Of a stretch of 64,000 bases of DNA, positions 19,177-27,686 are shown piece after piece. The stretch's first letter is position 1, and every line of letters begins with the position of its first letter. This stretch comes from Candidatus Eiseniibacteriota bacterium (GTDB lineage Bacteria > Eisenbacteria > RBG-16-71-46 > CAVPCR01), in contig CAVPCR010000002.1 of assembly GCA_963702435.1 (NCBI GenBank), positions 480,001 through 544,000 on the forward strand, written 5' to 3'. The notes under the pieces are model-generated. The model was not told the DNA's origin. It worked only from the letters and a program-made list of their open reading frames with translations, and made no database searches. Position numbers and translations under genes: made by a program.

Positions 19177-20133
19177 ATGGGAGTTTGCCGCGCCGCGCCC
19201 TTTCTTGCCACGATGATCCTCATCGCGACCCACTCCCCTCTGCTGGCTGCATCGCCAGCACTGCCGCGCGTCGAGGACGGGCGGATCCTCCTCCCCGCGT
19301 CCGAGCCGAGGGCAGTCTATTGCTCCTACCGTACGTCCGCCGACCCGACTCCCGAGCTGGCCCGCCGGCTCTTCGACCTCGTCGAGAGGGGACGAGTCCT
19401 CCCTAAGAACCCCAACCTCGACACCGCCGGCCCGCAGCTCTTCGCGGTGTGGGGTGACGGATCGTCCTTGTCCCTCCAGATGTCCGTCGCGTCCGACACT
19501 GTCGCGTTCACTCTTGAACTTCCCGAGGGCAAGGACGGCGACGACGACGCGAGTGGGGCGCTCCTTGCGCCAGGACTGGTGAGCGCGATTGAGGCCCTGC
19601 TCGAATGGCGGCCTTTCCTCGTGCACGATGTGCAGCCCATCCGTCGCCTCGACTTCCTGAACTGGCAGGGGCGCCGCTTCGCGTGCCGCGATGAGGAGAT
19701 CCTCGCGCGCCTTACCGAGGCCTTCCAGACCGCCCCCTCGTGGCCAAGCGCCTGTCCATTCTGGAATCACCTGCGGCTCGAGACGGACGCCGGCATCCTC
19801 TTCTGCTCGCTCGTGGCCGACGGGTGCTACGGCTCGCTGCTTCTCGCTCCGCCCTCCCCGGAGCTCGAGCGAGCATGGAGGAGGGGCGGCAGGGCCTTCG
19901 AGCGGGCCATGGCGTCGAAGTGCACGCAGTACGCAATCGGGGCGGAAGCCTATGAGATCTTCAACCGCCTGGCGCACTCGCGCCACACGTCGCTCGAGTT
20001 CGGCCACCCGCTGTACGTGCCGCTCGATGTGGTGTCCTTCCTCCTTGAGTGGCTGTCGGAGGGAATCGCCGGCGCTCTGCGGCGGGTCCAGGCTTCGGGA
20101 GACACTGGGATCGGCGTGACGAAGTCGGATTGA
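19177..20133 (+). CDS. secreted hypothetical Cys-containing protein
   Basis: AGGAG RBS, signal-peptide-like N-terminus, host-like codon usage, paralog upstream. Confidence 0.75.
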   Translation: MGVCRAAPFLATMILIATHSPLLAASPALPRVEDGRILLPASEPRAVYCSYRTSADPTPELARRLFDLVERGRVLPKNPNLDTAGPQLFAVWGDGSSLSLQMSVASDTVAFTLELPEGKDGDDDASGALLAPGLVSAIEALLEWRPFLVHDVQPIRRLDFLNWQGRRFACRDEEILARLTEAFQTAPSWPSACPFWNHLRLETDAGILFCSLVADGCYGSLLLAPPSPELERAWRRGGRAFERAMASKCTQYAIGAEAYEIFNRLAHSRHTSLEFGHPLYVPLDVVSFLLEWLSEGIAGALRRVQASGDTGIGVTKSD

Positions 20134-20275
20134 GGGCGAGGGCGAGGGCGAGACGTCGGCGGCGGCGACCGACTGCCGCCGGAGCATCGCATCGTCCCCG
20201 GCGAGTGCGCATCCCACCTCTGGCAACGAAGTAAGCGAAAGTGACAACGGCGTGCGCACGCCTGCTGGTCGCCAG

Positions 20276-20385
20276 GTCGCACGAGCTTTGAGGATGCCCG
20301 AGAACGATCACCTTGGGCCCGCTCCGATGCCGAGGCACGATTCGTGCAATACCTATTAGTCCGGCGGGCATCCAGCTCGTGCGAC
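20276..20385. repeat. bulged inverted repeat (12 bp + 9 bp arms)
   Basis: GTCGCACGAGCT 20276-20287 / 20374-20385 and GGATGCCCG 20292-20300 / 20365-20373, with a TTGA bulge. Confidence 0.85.
20333..20348 (+). promoter_or_regulatory. sigma54 -24/-12 motif pointing into the repeat array
   Basis: AGGCACGATTCGTGCA: GG at 20334-5, N10, GC at 20346-7. Confidence 0.45.
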
Positions 20386-20422
20386 TCGCTTGACACCGGA
20401 CTCCGCGGCTACCGAGGAGGGA

Positions 20423-21087
20423 AGTTCACAAGACCCGACAGCGTTTGACGCCAGCGAGCACCGTGGCCAGGTGGGGCTACGGCGGGCGCCGCGCGCAGGC
20501 GGGTCGGCAAGCAGAGTTCACAAGACCCGACAGCGTTTGACGCCGGCGAGCACCGTGGCCAGGTGGGGCTACGGCGGGCGCCGCGCGCAGGCGGGTCGGC
20601 AAGCAGAGTTCACATCACCCGACAGCGTTTGACGCCGGCGAGCACCGTGGTCAAGGTGGGGCAGCGGCGGGCGCCGGCGAGCAGGCGGGTCGGTGAGGAG
20701 AGTTCACATCACCCGACAGCGTTTGACGCCGGCGAGCACCGCGGCCAAGGTGGGGCTAAAGGCGGTCGCCGCGCGCAGGCGGCTCGGCAAGCAGAGTTCA
20801 CATCACCCGACAGCGTTTGACGCCGGCGAGCACCGCGGCCAAGGTGGGGCAGCGGCGGGCGCCGGCGAGCAGGCGGGTCGGCAAGCAGAGTTCACATCAC
20901 CCGACAGCGTTTGACGCGGGGGCCACTGGCCGAGGCACCGGGGCGAGAAGTTCACAAGACCCGACAGCGTTTGACGCGGGGGCCAGGGGCCGGGCGGGAC
21001 GACCGCCCACCCCGGACTCGGCGGCCACCGGGGAGGTGAGTAGTTCACATCACCCGACAGCGTTTGACGCCGGCGAGCACCGCGGCC
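20423..21087. repeat. tandem array of 8 conserved 29-bp cores with related GC-rich spacers
   Basis: AGTTCACA(TC/AG)ACCCGACAGCGTTTGACGC at 20423, 20515, 20607, 20701, 20795, 20889, 20949, 21042. Confidence 0.95.
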
Positions 21088-21104
21088 CCGCAGGGCGGCC
21101 CGCC

Positions 21105-23411
21105 CTACAGGCCGACGAGGTTCAGGAATCGCGCTAGCACGCGCTTGGTGAGCCCCCCCGCGAAGCGCACGGTGAGACGCGCATCGGGGCCATGGCCCTC
21201 CTGGCCGACGACGACGCCGCTTCCGAACTGCGCATGCACCACGCGCGCGCCGACGATCCGGGTCACACCTTCCTCCCCGTCGGGCTCGACCACGCGTCGC
21301 TCGACGGTACCGGTCGAGCCGGTCGAGCCGGCCGCCCGCGGTCGCCCGAGCGAACCGCGCGGGAGTTCCTCCGCCCGGTAGCGCCGCGGCATCCCGGGCC
21401 GTTCCTCGTCGCGCTCGCGCCCGCGCCCGGCGAACCGCCCGCCGCCCCGCGCCGGCGCGTAGTCGCGCGCGTAGCCCGAGAAATCGCTGACCTCGAGCAC
21501 ATCCGGAGGAAGCTCATGCACGAAATCGGATACCTCGGCGCTCATGTAGCCGCCCATCCTCCGGCGCTCGCGCGCCGCCGACAGCGTGACCCGCCGCTCG
21601 GCGCGGGTGAGCGCGACGTAGAAGAGCCGCCGCTCCTCCTCGAGCTGGCGCGGCTCGTCGAACGACGAGGCGTGCGGGAAAAGCCCCTGCTCGAGCCCGG
21701 CGACGAAGACGTACGGGAACTCGAGGCCCTTTGCATTGTGCGCGGTCATGAGCGTGACCCGCTCCCCCTCGTCGCTCATCCGATCCACGGCGGCGACGAG
21801 CGCCACCTCGGCGAGGAAGCCCGCCACGGTCGGATCCCCGGTCACCTCGGCGTAGTGTGCGGCGGCGGCGACGAGCTCGTCCAGGTTCTCGCGCCGCGCT
21901 CCCGCGGTGTCCGGATCCTCCTCCTCGAGGTGCGCGAGATAGCCGACCGCATCGATCACGGCCACGATGCGATCCGCGGCCGGGAGCTCGCGCCCCTCCT
22001 CCAACCGCGCGAGAAGGCGCGCGAACTCGGCCAGGTGCTTGACCTGGGCGGTCCCGAGCTCGGGGATCTCGCCGAGCCGAGCGCACGCCGCGCGGAGCCC
22101 GATCCCGGCGCTCCGCGCGAACAGCGCCACCCGCTCGAGCGAGGTCGGCCCGATGCCGCGCTTCGGGACGTTCACGATGCGGGCGCAGCTCACGTCATCG
22201 CCCGGGTTGTCGAGGACGCGCAGGTAGGCGAGGATGTCCTTCACCTCGCGCCGCTCGTAGAAGGAGATGCCGCCGACCAGATCGTAGGCGATGCCGCTCC
22301 GGCGGAGCGCCGCCTCGAGCGGGCGCGACTGGGCATGCGTGCGATAGAGGACGACCGTCCCGCCGTAGCTCGCCTCGCCGCGGCGGACGAGCGCCTGGAT
22401 CTCGCCGACCACGGCGTCGGCCTCGCGCTCCTCGTCGGGGAACATCCAGAGTCGGATCGGCTCCCCCACTTCGTTCTCGGTCCACAGCTCCTTCGGCTTC
22501 CGGCCCGTGTTGCGCGCGACAACCTGGTTCGCGGCGCGCAGAATGGTCTTGGTCGAGCGGTAGTTCTGCTCGAGCCGGATGACGGTCGCATCCGGATAGC
22601 TCTCCTCGAAGGAGAGGATGTTCCGGATGTCGGCGCCGCGCCAGCCGTAGATCGACTGATCGTCGTCGCCGACCACGGCCAGGTTCCGCCGCCCCGAGGC
22701 GAGAAGCGAGATCAGGACGTACTGCGCATGGTTCGTGTCCTGGTACTCGTCGACCAGCACGTGCGCGAAGCGCTCGGTGTAGCGCTCGAGCAACGCCGGT
22801 TCGCGCCGGAAGAGCTGGATCGTGCGCAGGATGAGATCGTCGAAGTCGAAGGCATTGGCGGCTGTCAATCGCCGGTCGTACTCGCGGTAGATCCTGGCCG
22901 CCGTCCGCTCGAACGCCGAGGCCGCCCCCGCCTCGAACGCACCGTGATCAACCAGGTTGTTCTTGGCCCTGGAGATCAGCCCGTGCACGACCTGCGGCCG
23001 ATACTCGCGATCCGACAGCTCGAACGCCTTGAGACACGCCTTGACCAGAGCGACCTGATCGTCCGCGTCGTAGATGGCGAAAGAGGACGTGCGCTCGACC
23101 AGCTCCGGATGCGCCCGCAGCACCCGCAGGCAGATCGCGTGGAAGGTGCCCACCCAGAGCCCGGGCACGTCGCCGATCAGAGCGATGATCCGCTCCTTCA
23201 TCTCGCGCGCCGCCTTGTTGGTGAAGGTGAAGGCGAGGATCGCGCGCGGATCGAGGCCGCGCGCGTGCACGAGATGGGCGACGCGATGGGTGAGCACCCG
23301 TGTCTTGCCGCTCCCCGCTCCGGCGAGGACGAGAAGCGGCCCGTCCCCGTGGACGACGGCCTCCCGCTGCCGGTCGTTGAGCTTCTGCAACAGGCTGTCT
23401 GCGCTCGTCAT
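21105..23411 (-). CDS. pcrA: ATP-dependent DNA helicase UvrD/PcrA
   Basis: LAGAGSGKT, TFTNKAA, VDEYQD, GDDDQSIYGWRGA, QNYRS, EERRLFYVALTRA, C-terminal Tudor-like domain. Confidence 0.95.
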   Translation of the reverse strand: MTSADSLLQKLNDRQREAVVHGDGPLLVLAGAGSGKTRVLTHRVAHLVHARGLDPRAILAFTFTNKAAREMKERIIALIGDVPGLWVGTFHAICLRVLRAHPELVERTSSFAIYDADDQVALVKACLKAFELSDREYRPQVVHGLISRAKNNLVDHGAFEAGAASAFERTAARIYREYDRRLTAANAFDFDDLILRTIQLFRREPALLERYTERFAHVLVDEYQDTNHAQYVLISLLASGRRNLAVVGDDDQSIYGWRGADIRNILSFEESYPDATVIRLEQNYRSTKTILRAANQVVARNTGRKPKELWTENEVGEPIRLWMFPDEEREADAVVGEIQALVRRGEASYGGTVVLYRTHAQSRPLEAALRRSGIAYDLVGGISFYERREVKDILAYLRVLDNPGDDVSCARIVNVPKRGIGPTSLERVALFARSAGIGLRAACARLGEIPELGTAQVKHLAEFARLLARLEEGRELPAADRIVAVIDAVGYLAHLEEEDPDTAGARRENLDELVAAAAHYAEVTGDPTVAGFLAEVALVAAVDRMSDEGERVTLMTAHNAKGLEFPYVFVAGLEQGLFPHASSFDEPRQLEEERRLFYVALTRAERRVTLSAARERRRMGGYMSAEVSDFVHELPPDVLEVSDFSGYARDYAPARGGGRFAGRGRERDEERPGMPRRYRAEELPRGSLGRPRAAGSTGSTGTVERRVVEPDGEEGVTRIVGARVVHAQFGSGVVVGQEGHGPDARLTVRFAGGLTKRVLARFLNLVGL

Positions 23412-23568
23412 TGCCCGAGTGTCGTCAACGGGGAGCGGCGACGCAAGGACAAAGGACGCCGGGACGGGCGACGCGATCTGCCCTCGCAGGCGAGTTTCGC
23501 CGGCCGGCGCGCAAGCATGCATCCACGACAGCAAACACCGGCCGGCGAGTGTCTGAGCCAGCGAGGGC

Positions 23569-23752
23569 AGACGCGGAGCCCGGCCCTCGAGACGCAGAGC
23601 CCGACGCTCGAGACGCGGAGCCCGGCCGCACGCCGCGGAGCCCGGCCGCACGCCGCGGAGCCCGGCCCTCGAGACGCAGAGCCCGACGATCGAGACGCGG
23701 AGCCCGGCCCTCGAGACGCGGAGCCCAGCCCGCACGCCACGGAGCCCGGCCC
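23569..23752. repeat. intergenic minisatellite (20-21-bp unit, ~9 copies)
   Basis: GAGACGCGGAGCCCGGCCCTC / CACGCCGCGGAGCCCGGCCG variants in tandem. Confidence 0.85.
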
Positions 23753-23780
23753 CTGGATCGCCTCGCATCGGCTCTGGCGC

Positions 23781-26700
23781 TCAGAACTCCCAGCGCAGAT
23801 TCAGATCGAGCGTGTACTGCTGGTCGACGTCCTTGTTGCCGCGGCCCTCGGCGAGGCCGCTCCGGAGCACCGAGCCCTTGAGGTACGCGATGCGGCTCAG
23901 CTCGTACTCGGCCGACACGTCCTGGGCCGAGCCCGAGGAGAAGCCCTGGTACGCCGACAGGAACAGCTCGGGCGCCACATACGTGCCGACGCGCGCGCCC
24001 CAGGTCGGCTCGGCACCCTCCTCGACCGTGCGCGACTCGACCCGCACCGAGAGCCCGGGGATCTCGCGCGCCAGGCTCCGCTCGAGATCGCGCATGAAGG
24101 GCGTGAGCGCGACGCTCGTCACCTGCTCGGCGTCGGTCGGTACGAGGAAGCGCCAGAGCGTGCCCTGGTCGTAGTCGGGATCGGACGACAGGACCACCTG
24201 GCGGTCGGCGGCGGTGCCGGTGATCGTGGCGAATATGCGCGCCTCGGGGATGCGGGTCTCGGCGCTCACGTTGACCTCGGGATCGACCGCCTCGGGGTTC
24301 GTGAACTCGACCTCGCCGCTCGTGATGCGGAAGGTATGCCCGACCAGGTCGTAGCGCCCGCGCACGGTCTCGAGCCGCCCGAGGACGATGCGACCCGCCA
24401 CGTCGCGCTCGTAGGTGAGCTCGCCGCGGAGCTCCACCTCGAGATCGTTGTTCCGGATCCAGGCGTTCCGCGGCAGCTCGAGCGTGAAGGTGCCGACCCA
24501 GCTCGACGGCCCCGGCTCCTCGGCGTGGCCGCCGCCCACGATCTCGCGCAGGTAGTCGAGACGGCGGACGCTCACGGCGCCCGAGTAGTCGGGCAGCCCG
24601 GCGCGGCCGGCCACCGCGCCTTTCTTGAAGGTGAAGCGGCCGTCGATCGTGGCCATGTAGGCCCCGGTCTCCCCCACCTCGTACTGCTCGAGATCGAGCG
24701 TGACCTCGTAGCCGGCGAGACGGGCTCCGGTCACGTCGAGCACGCCGCGAGCCTTGAGCCGGCCCTCGTCGCCGTCGGTGGCCGTCAGCTCACGGAACTC
24801 GATGTGTTGCCCGGCGAAGACGATGCGGGCGGCCACGTCGGTCATCACCTCCTCGCGGCCGCGCACGACGACCCGCCCGTCCCGGGCGTCCACGGTCCCG
24901 GAAAGGGCGGGTGCGGCAACCGTGCCGCCGAGCCGGACCTGTCCGTCGATGCGCCCGTCGGCCTCGGCGATGCGATCGGTGAAGAGGGTGGCCACGGCCA
25001 GGCTCGCCGCCGTGAGATCCACGGTCAGATCGAGCTCGCGCTCCCGATCGATCGCGGGGACGGCGAGGAGGCTCAGGCGGACCGGGGTGCGGCCGCTCAC
25101 GAAGAGAGGCTTGCCGAAGACACCGAGGCGCGACGCCGCCACGACGAGCGTCCCGTCCTCCAGCCGCCCGGTCACGGCCACCGGCGAGAACTCGTGATCG
25201 GCGATCGTGACGCGGTCGCTCGCGAGCTCGAGCGTCCCGTCGGGAGCGGCGAGCGACCCGCGCACGGCGGCGGTGATCGCCACCACGCCGCTCGTCCGGT
25301 CGATGCGCGGATCGAGCCCGTGCCAGCCGGCGAGGTCGAGCGCCGGGGCGGTCAGGTCGAGGTCGGCGGTGGCCGCGGCCAGCGACTCCTTCGTGAAAAG
25401 CCGCGGCACATCGCGGAATCCGGCGGGACTCGGCGTGAAACGGATCGACCCGGTCGCCCCGATGTGCCCGCCGCGCTCGAGGTCGAACCGCTCGATCGTG
25501 AGGGTCGGGCCGGACAGGCGGCCGGCGAACGCGAGCTTCCGGGCCCTGAAGCGGCCTCTCGCCAGCGAATCCACGGTCGCCTCGGCGGCGAGCTCGAAGC
25601 CGCGGCCGCCGCCGCGCGCATCGAGACGAAGATCGAGCGTGCCGCCGAGGCCATGCCCGCCGCCGAGGGCGGCGTCGAGCGCGGCCAGGTGGAAACCGTG
25701 CGCGACGACCTCGAAGTCGGTGGCCACCCCCGCCCCGTCGATCACGCCCGACGCCGCGAACGCACCGTGCTCGCCCATCAGCCGGAACGCCGCGAAGTCC
25801 CAGCTCGAGCCCCGGCGCGCGATGCGCAGGGGTTCCGTGTTCGCGAAATCGAGCCCCGCGAAATCGAGCGCCAGCGTGTCGAGGGCGAACAGGGTCGCCT
25901 CGCGCTGGAACTCGATCGTGCCGGCGCCGCGGAGCGTGGCGGCCCCGCGCGTCGCCATGAAGCGCTCCGCGCTGATCGTGCCGCCGCCGTAGGTGAAGGC
26001 GACGGCGAGCGAGTCGAGCGGCTGGCCGGCGAGCGTGCCGCCGCCGGCCTCCGCGGCGAGGTCGCAACTGAAGCGAGGGCGGATGGTCCCGTTGGTCACG
26101 CGCACGGCGACATCGCCCAGGCGGAACGGGCCGGCGATGAGCGAATCGAGGATCCCATCCAGCGCGAAGCCCGGCGCGCGCACGGGGCCCGCGAGCTCGA
26201 GGTGCAGGTCCCCGGCGCCGCCGAAGCGGCGCTCGCCGAGCATGCCGCCGAGGAGGACCAGGTCGTCGACCTCGAGGTCCTGGACGAGCGCGAGCTCGCC
26301 GCGCGGATCGATGCGCCCGGCGCCGCGGATCACCGCGCCGTTCGTCGTCACCTCGTACGATGCGAGCTCGATCACCCCACCGGCGCCGATCGTGCCCTGA
26401 AAACGGCCGGGGTAGAGCGCGAACCCGCCGACATCGCCGCCGCTCACGTGGAGATCGAAGGACCGCCCCGCTCCCGCTCCGGCGCCGATCGTCAGGGTCC
26501 CGCTCATCCGCCCCGGCGGCAGCCAGGCCAGCTCGCCGAGGAGCGCGATCTCCTTGAAATCCAGCCCCTCGAACACGAGCGTGCCGCGCGTCGCGGCACG
26601 CTCGCCGCCGAGCCCGATCGTGGCCTCGCCGCGGAGCGGGATCCCGTTCACGGCGAGCACGAAGCGCTCGACTTCGAGCACGCTCGCCGCGACGCGCCCC

Positions 26701-27671
26701 TCGACGGCGAGGCCGGTCACGCGATCCGCGCCGAGCGCCCCCTCGCCGCGGAACGCGGCGCGGAGATCGCGCCACGGACCATCGACGGTCAGCGTCCCGC
26801 GCACCCACCCCGGCCGCGCGAAGTCGCTCCGGCCGAACGCCGTCGCCAGATCCGCGGCGAGGAGCGGCTCCACCGTCACGTGGAGAGCGGCGCCGCCCTC
26901 GGGATCGAGGTCGCCGTTCACGACCGCGTGCGAGAGCCCGAGGCGTAGGTCGAGGCGCTCGAGCGCCACCTGGCGGCCCGTGACCCGGACCCCGCCGCGC
27001 ACGGCGACGGGGGGGAGATTCCCGGCCCGGGCGGCGAGCGAGTCGATGCGGGCCGCGACCCGCCCGCTCGCCGCATCGAGCGCCGACACGAGCGAGAAGG
27101 TGACTGGCGGCCAGGGCGCGCGCCCCCGGGCGGTGTCCTGAGCGGAGGGAATGGACGCCGGCGCCTGCGTCAGGGTGGCCTCCTCGACCCGCAGCTCGTC
27201 GATCGCGAGCCCGAAGCGGCCGCTCCCGGGCACCGGTCCGCGCCGCGCCTTGAGCCGCGGCCAGGTCCCGCCGGGAGCCGGCAGCATGATGATCGGCTCG
27301 ACCAGCCGGAGCGCCCGGAGGCGCGGGGTGCGGCGCACGAGCTCGGCCGGCTCGTAGCGGAGCTCGACCCGCGGCGCGATGAGGAGGGGCCGCCAGCCGG
27401 CTTCCCCGGCGGGCGCGCCGCGCGCTCCGCGCACGTCGATGCGCAGATCGTGGATGACGAGGCCGCGGAGCGGGTTACCGCTCACGTCCCCGATGCGCAC
27501 GCGCGCCGATTCCGGATCGAGCTCCTCGCTCAGGAGCTCGGCTGCGGTGCGCGCCAGCTCGGTCGAGCCGACGGTGCGCCGGACGATGGCGACCGCCGCC
27601 ACCATCGCGCCGCCGACGATCGCCAGCGCCGCGATGATGAGGAGGAGATGACGACCGATCCGGAGGATCAC
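23781..27671 (-). CDS. tamB: translocation/assembly module TamB-like protein
   Basis: N-terminal TM, long beta-taco repeats, DUF490-like C-terminus; downstream of an Omp85 gene. Confidence 0.8.
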   Translation of the reverse strand: MILRIGRHLLLIIAALAIVGGAMVAAVAIVRRTVGSTELARTAAELLSEELDPESARVRIGDVSGNPLRGLVIHDLRIDVRGARGAPAGEAGWRPLLIAPRVELRYEPAELVRRTPRLRALRLVEPIIMLPAPGGTWPRLKARRGPVPGSGRFGLAIDELRVEEATLTQAPASIPSAQDTARGRAPWPPVTFSLVSALDAASGRVAARIDSLAARAGNLPPVAVRGGVRVTGRQVALERLDLRLGLSHAVVNGDLDPEGGAALHVTVEPLLAADLATAFGRSDFARPGWVRGTLTVDGPWRDLRAAFRGEGALGADRVTGLAVEGRVAASVLEVERFVLAVNGIPLRGEATIGLGGERAATRGTLVFEGLDFKEIALLGELAWLPPGRMSGTLTIGAGAGAGRSFDLHVSGGDVGGFALYPGRFQGTIGAGGVIELASYEVTTNGAVIRGAGRIDPRGELALVQDLEVDDLVLLGGMLGERRFGGAGDLHLELAGPVRAPGFALDGILDSLIAGPFRLGDVAVRVTNGTIRPRFSCDLAAEAGGGTLAGQPLDSLAVAFTYGGGTISAERFMATRGAATLRGAGTIEFQREATLFALDTLALDFAGLDFANTEPLRIARRGSSWDFAAFRLMGEHGAFAASGVIDGAGVATDFEVVAHGFHLAALDAALGGGHGLGGTLDLRLDARGGGRGFELAAEATVDSLARGRFRARKLAFAGRLSGPTLTIERFDLERGGHIGATGSIRFTPSPAGFRDVPRLFTKESLAAATADLDLTAPALDLAGWHGLDPRIDRTSGVVAITAAVRGSLAAPDGTLELASDRVTIADHEFSPVAVTGRLEDGTLVVAASRLGVFGKPLFVSGRTPVRLSLLAVPAIDRERELDLTVDLTAASLAVATLFTDRIAEADGRIDGQVRLGGTVAAPALSGTVDARDGRVVVRGREEVMTDVAARIVFAGQHIEFRELTATDGDEGRLKARGVLDVTGARLAGYEVTLDLEQYEVGETGAYMATIDGRFTFKKGAVAGRAGLPDYSGAVSVRRLDYLREIVGGGHAEEPGPSSWVGTFTLELPRNAWIRNNDLEVELRGELTYERDVAGRIVLGRLETVRGRYDLVGHTFRITSGEVEFTNPEAVDPEVNVSAETRIPEARIFATITGTAADRQVVLSSDPDYDQGTLWRFLVPTDAEQVTSVALTPFMRDLERSLAREIPGLSVRVESRTVEEGAEPTWGARVGTYVAPELFLSAYQGFSSGSAQDVSAEYELSRIAYLKGSVLRSGLAEGRGNKDVDQQYTLDLNLRWEF

Positions 27672-27686
27672 CGCAGTTTCCCTCGA

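Noticed and set aside
20200..20250. HDV-like ribozyme look-alike (GGCAAC...GCGAAAGTGAC)
   Set aside because: Could not find complementary P1/P2 partner strands upstream
20276..20385. Retron msr-msd
   Set aside because: No reverse transcriptase anywhere in the window
17000..20400. Integron cassette array
   Set aside because: No convincing RYYYAAC...GTTRRRY attC sites between genes and no integrase
20423..21087. CRISPR array interpretation of the 29-bp repeats
   Set aside because: Spacers are mostly ~63-65 bp and homologous to each other rather than unique; no cas genes in the window
9620..21110. att-site direct repeats bounding the island
   Set aside because: No matching direct repeat, tRNA target or integrase seen at either boundary
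20390..21137. Short ORFs across the array (SSHHPTAFDAGEH peptides)
   Set aside because: Unit lengths of 92/94 bp shift frame between copies; the ORFs are by-products of the repeat
21192..26948. 1918-aa plus-strand ORF and similar long antisense ORFs (e.g. 39965..42637, 27450..29846)
   Set aside because: Shadow frames of real high-GC minus-strand genes; no recognisable motifs
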